From contig NIVC01000424.1 in NCBI GenBank assembly GCA_002269645.1, positions 310,001-374,000 on the forward strand: 64,000 bases of DNA, in the 5' to 3' direction. Each line of letters begins with the position of its first letter. Position 1 is the stretch's first letter. Of this stretch, positions 63,246 through 64,000 are shown in pieces. The translations under genes and the position numbers were made by a program. The DNA comes from Macrostomum lignano. Lineage: Eukaryota. Below the pieces are notes generated by a model. That model searched no databases. It worked only from the letters and a program-made list of their open reading frames with translations, and was not told the DNA's origin.

Positions 63246-63716
63246 CAACTAAATAACTAACTAGCTAATTAACTAACCAGCAACAATGGCGGCCTCCCCA
63301 GTATTAGCTTTGGACATCTCAGAATCGTCAGACTCCAGCTCAGCCAAATCGCAGCCAGCAGTATCAACAAGCAGCAGAGGCGGAAACTCGTCGTCGTTTT
63401 CGACGCCATCCGACACGGCGGCGAAGCCGGGAAGATCGGCCAGTCGGTGCCCGGCCACCGACTGGTGAGCAATCAGCTGATTAGAATAGAAAGCTTCCGA
63501 TGACCAGAGCATAATATCGCGATGCATTCGATACTGTACAGTCAGCAGCTGGGTGGCTTCGGCTGATCTAGGCAGCAGGCGCTCCATCAGGGTGACAGCG
63601 AAGCCGGCAGCAACGGCGCGTTCGCTGCGCACAGTCGGCGGCAGCTGGTAGGGGTCGCCGGCCAGGATGCACTTAGGAGCTCGGGGCAACGCCAGCCAGC
63701 AGGCCGCTTCCGTGGC
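57984..63716 (-). CDS. IGHMBP2: IGHMBP2/SMUBP-2 SF1 (Upf1-like) helicase, 3' part (gene continues beyond the window); exons 63716-63278, 62532-62116, 61174-60894, 60041-59216, 58474-57984
   Basis: Helicase motifs ILAGDPYQLPPTV, LLTVQYRMH, ISPYNLQV, SVDGFQGREKEAVIISLVRSN and RRLNVAVTRAR; R3H domain (ERARLHEECERIGGLQHRS); AN1 zinc finger CGYPDC...CAHCRRRYCFSHFVPEVHGC. Phases are consistent. Confidence 0.95.
58550..59080. repeat. ~31/36-bp minisatellite with GGGTGTCCATGGCAAC core, last IGHMBP2 intron
   Basis: Direct reading. Confidence 0.88.
59125..59138. promoter_or_regulatory. RFX X-box consensus GTTGCCATGGAAAC; isolated matches also at 1685-1698 (GTTGTCATGGCAAC) and 19706-19719 (GTAACCATGACAAC)
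   Basis: Matches the RTHNYY-WT-RRNRAC X-box consensus; function untested. Confidence 0.4.
59455..59920 (-). repeat. Coding 21-bp tandem repeat, about 22 x MATESDK-like heptads in IGHMBP2
   Basis: In frame between the R3H domain and a CPVC...HRVAC finger. Confidence 0.8.
60075..60775. repeat. ~23-24-bp minisatellite (GAGGGCGATTCTTAAGGGGGAACT)n
   Basis: Direct reading. Confidence 0.88.
61245..61935. repeat. 22-bp minisatellite (GATCCCTGGATACAGGCCTGGA)n
   Basis: Direct reading. Confidence 0.93.
62580..63277. repeat. (CTAA)n microsatellite filling an IGHMBP2 intron
   Basis: Direct reading. Confidence 0.95.
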
Positions 63717-63779
63717 CTGCGAGTGGGTGGGGGCGATGGGTGCACTTTTAATAAAGAACCAAACAAATGTACTTTAATA

Positions 63780-64000
63780 CACCCACCTCACTCCAATAAC
63801 CTACCCCTCACTACACCCACCTCACTCCATTTTCCTACCCCCTCACTACACCCACCTTAATCCACTTTCCTACCCTCTCACTACACCCACCTCACTCCAC
63901 TTTCCTACCCCCTCACTACACCCACCTTAATCCACTTTCCTACCCTCTCACTACACCCACCTCACTCCACTTTCCTACCCCCTCACTACACCCACCTTAA
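63780..64000. repeat. 35-bp C-rich minisatellite running off the window
   Basis: CTCACTACACCCACC...TTTCCTACCC units. Confidence 0.85.

Noticed and set aside
62580-63277. (CTAA)n as telomeric repeat
   Set aside because: The unit is TTAG, not TTAGGG, and it lies within an IGHMBP2 intron.

Overview
Eukaryotic (metazoan) genomic DNA with GT-AG introns that are mostly filled with micro- and minisatellites. Gene content and repeat style suggest a free-living flatworm such as Macrostomum (inference, not verified). Gene models were built by hand from splice sites and phase. Plus strand: a DEG/ENaC channel (3 exons), an atypical class A neuropeptide-type GPCR (3 exons) and a compact Nav1-type DEKA sodium channel whose reading frame breaks between domains II and III. 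Minus strand: an orphan myristoylated disordered protein, TMEM205, a secreted two-PAN-domain protein, and a tight co-oriented run of IGHMBP2 (partial), POLE3, NPRL3 and KLHDC9 with operon/trans-splicing-like spacing. Also present are two tRNA-derived SINE families, hAT-type MITEs that carry internal satellites, and minisatellites built from RFX X-box motifs. Most long ORFs in the six-frame track are repeat artefacts. No CRISPR arrays, rRNA or true tRNA genes were found.
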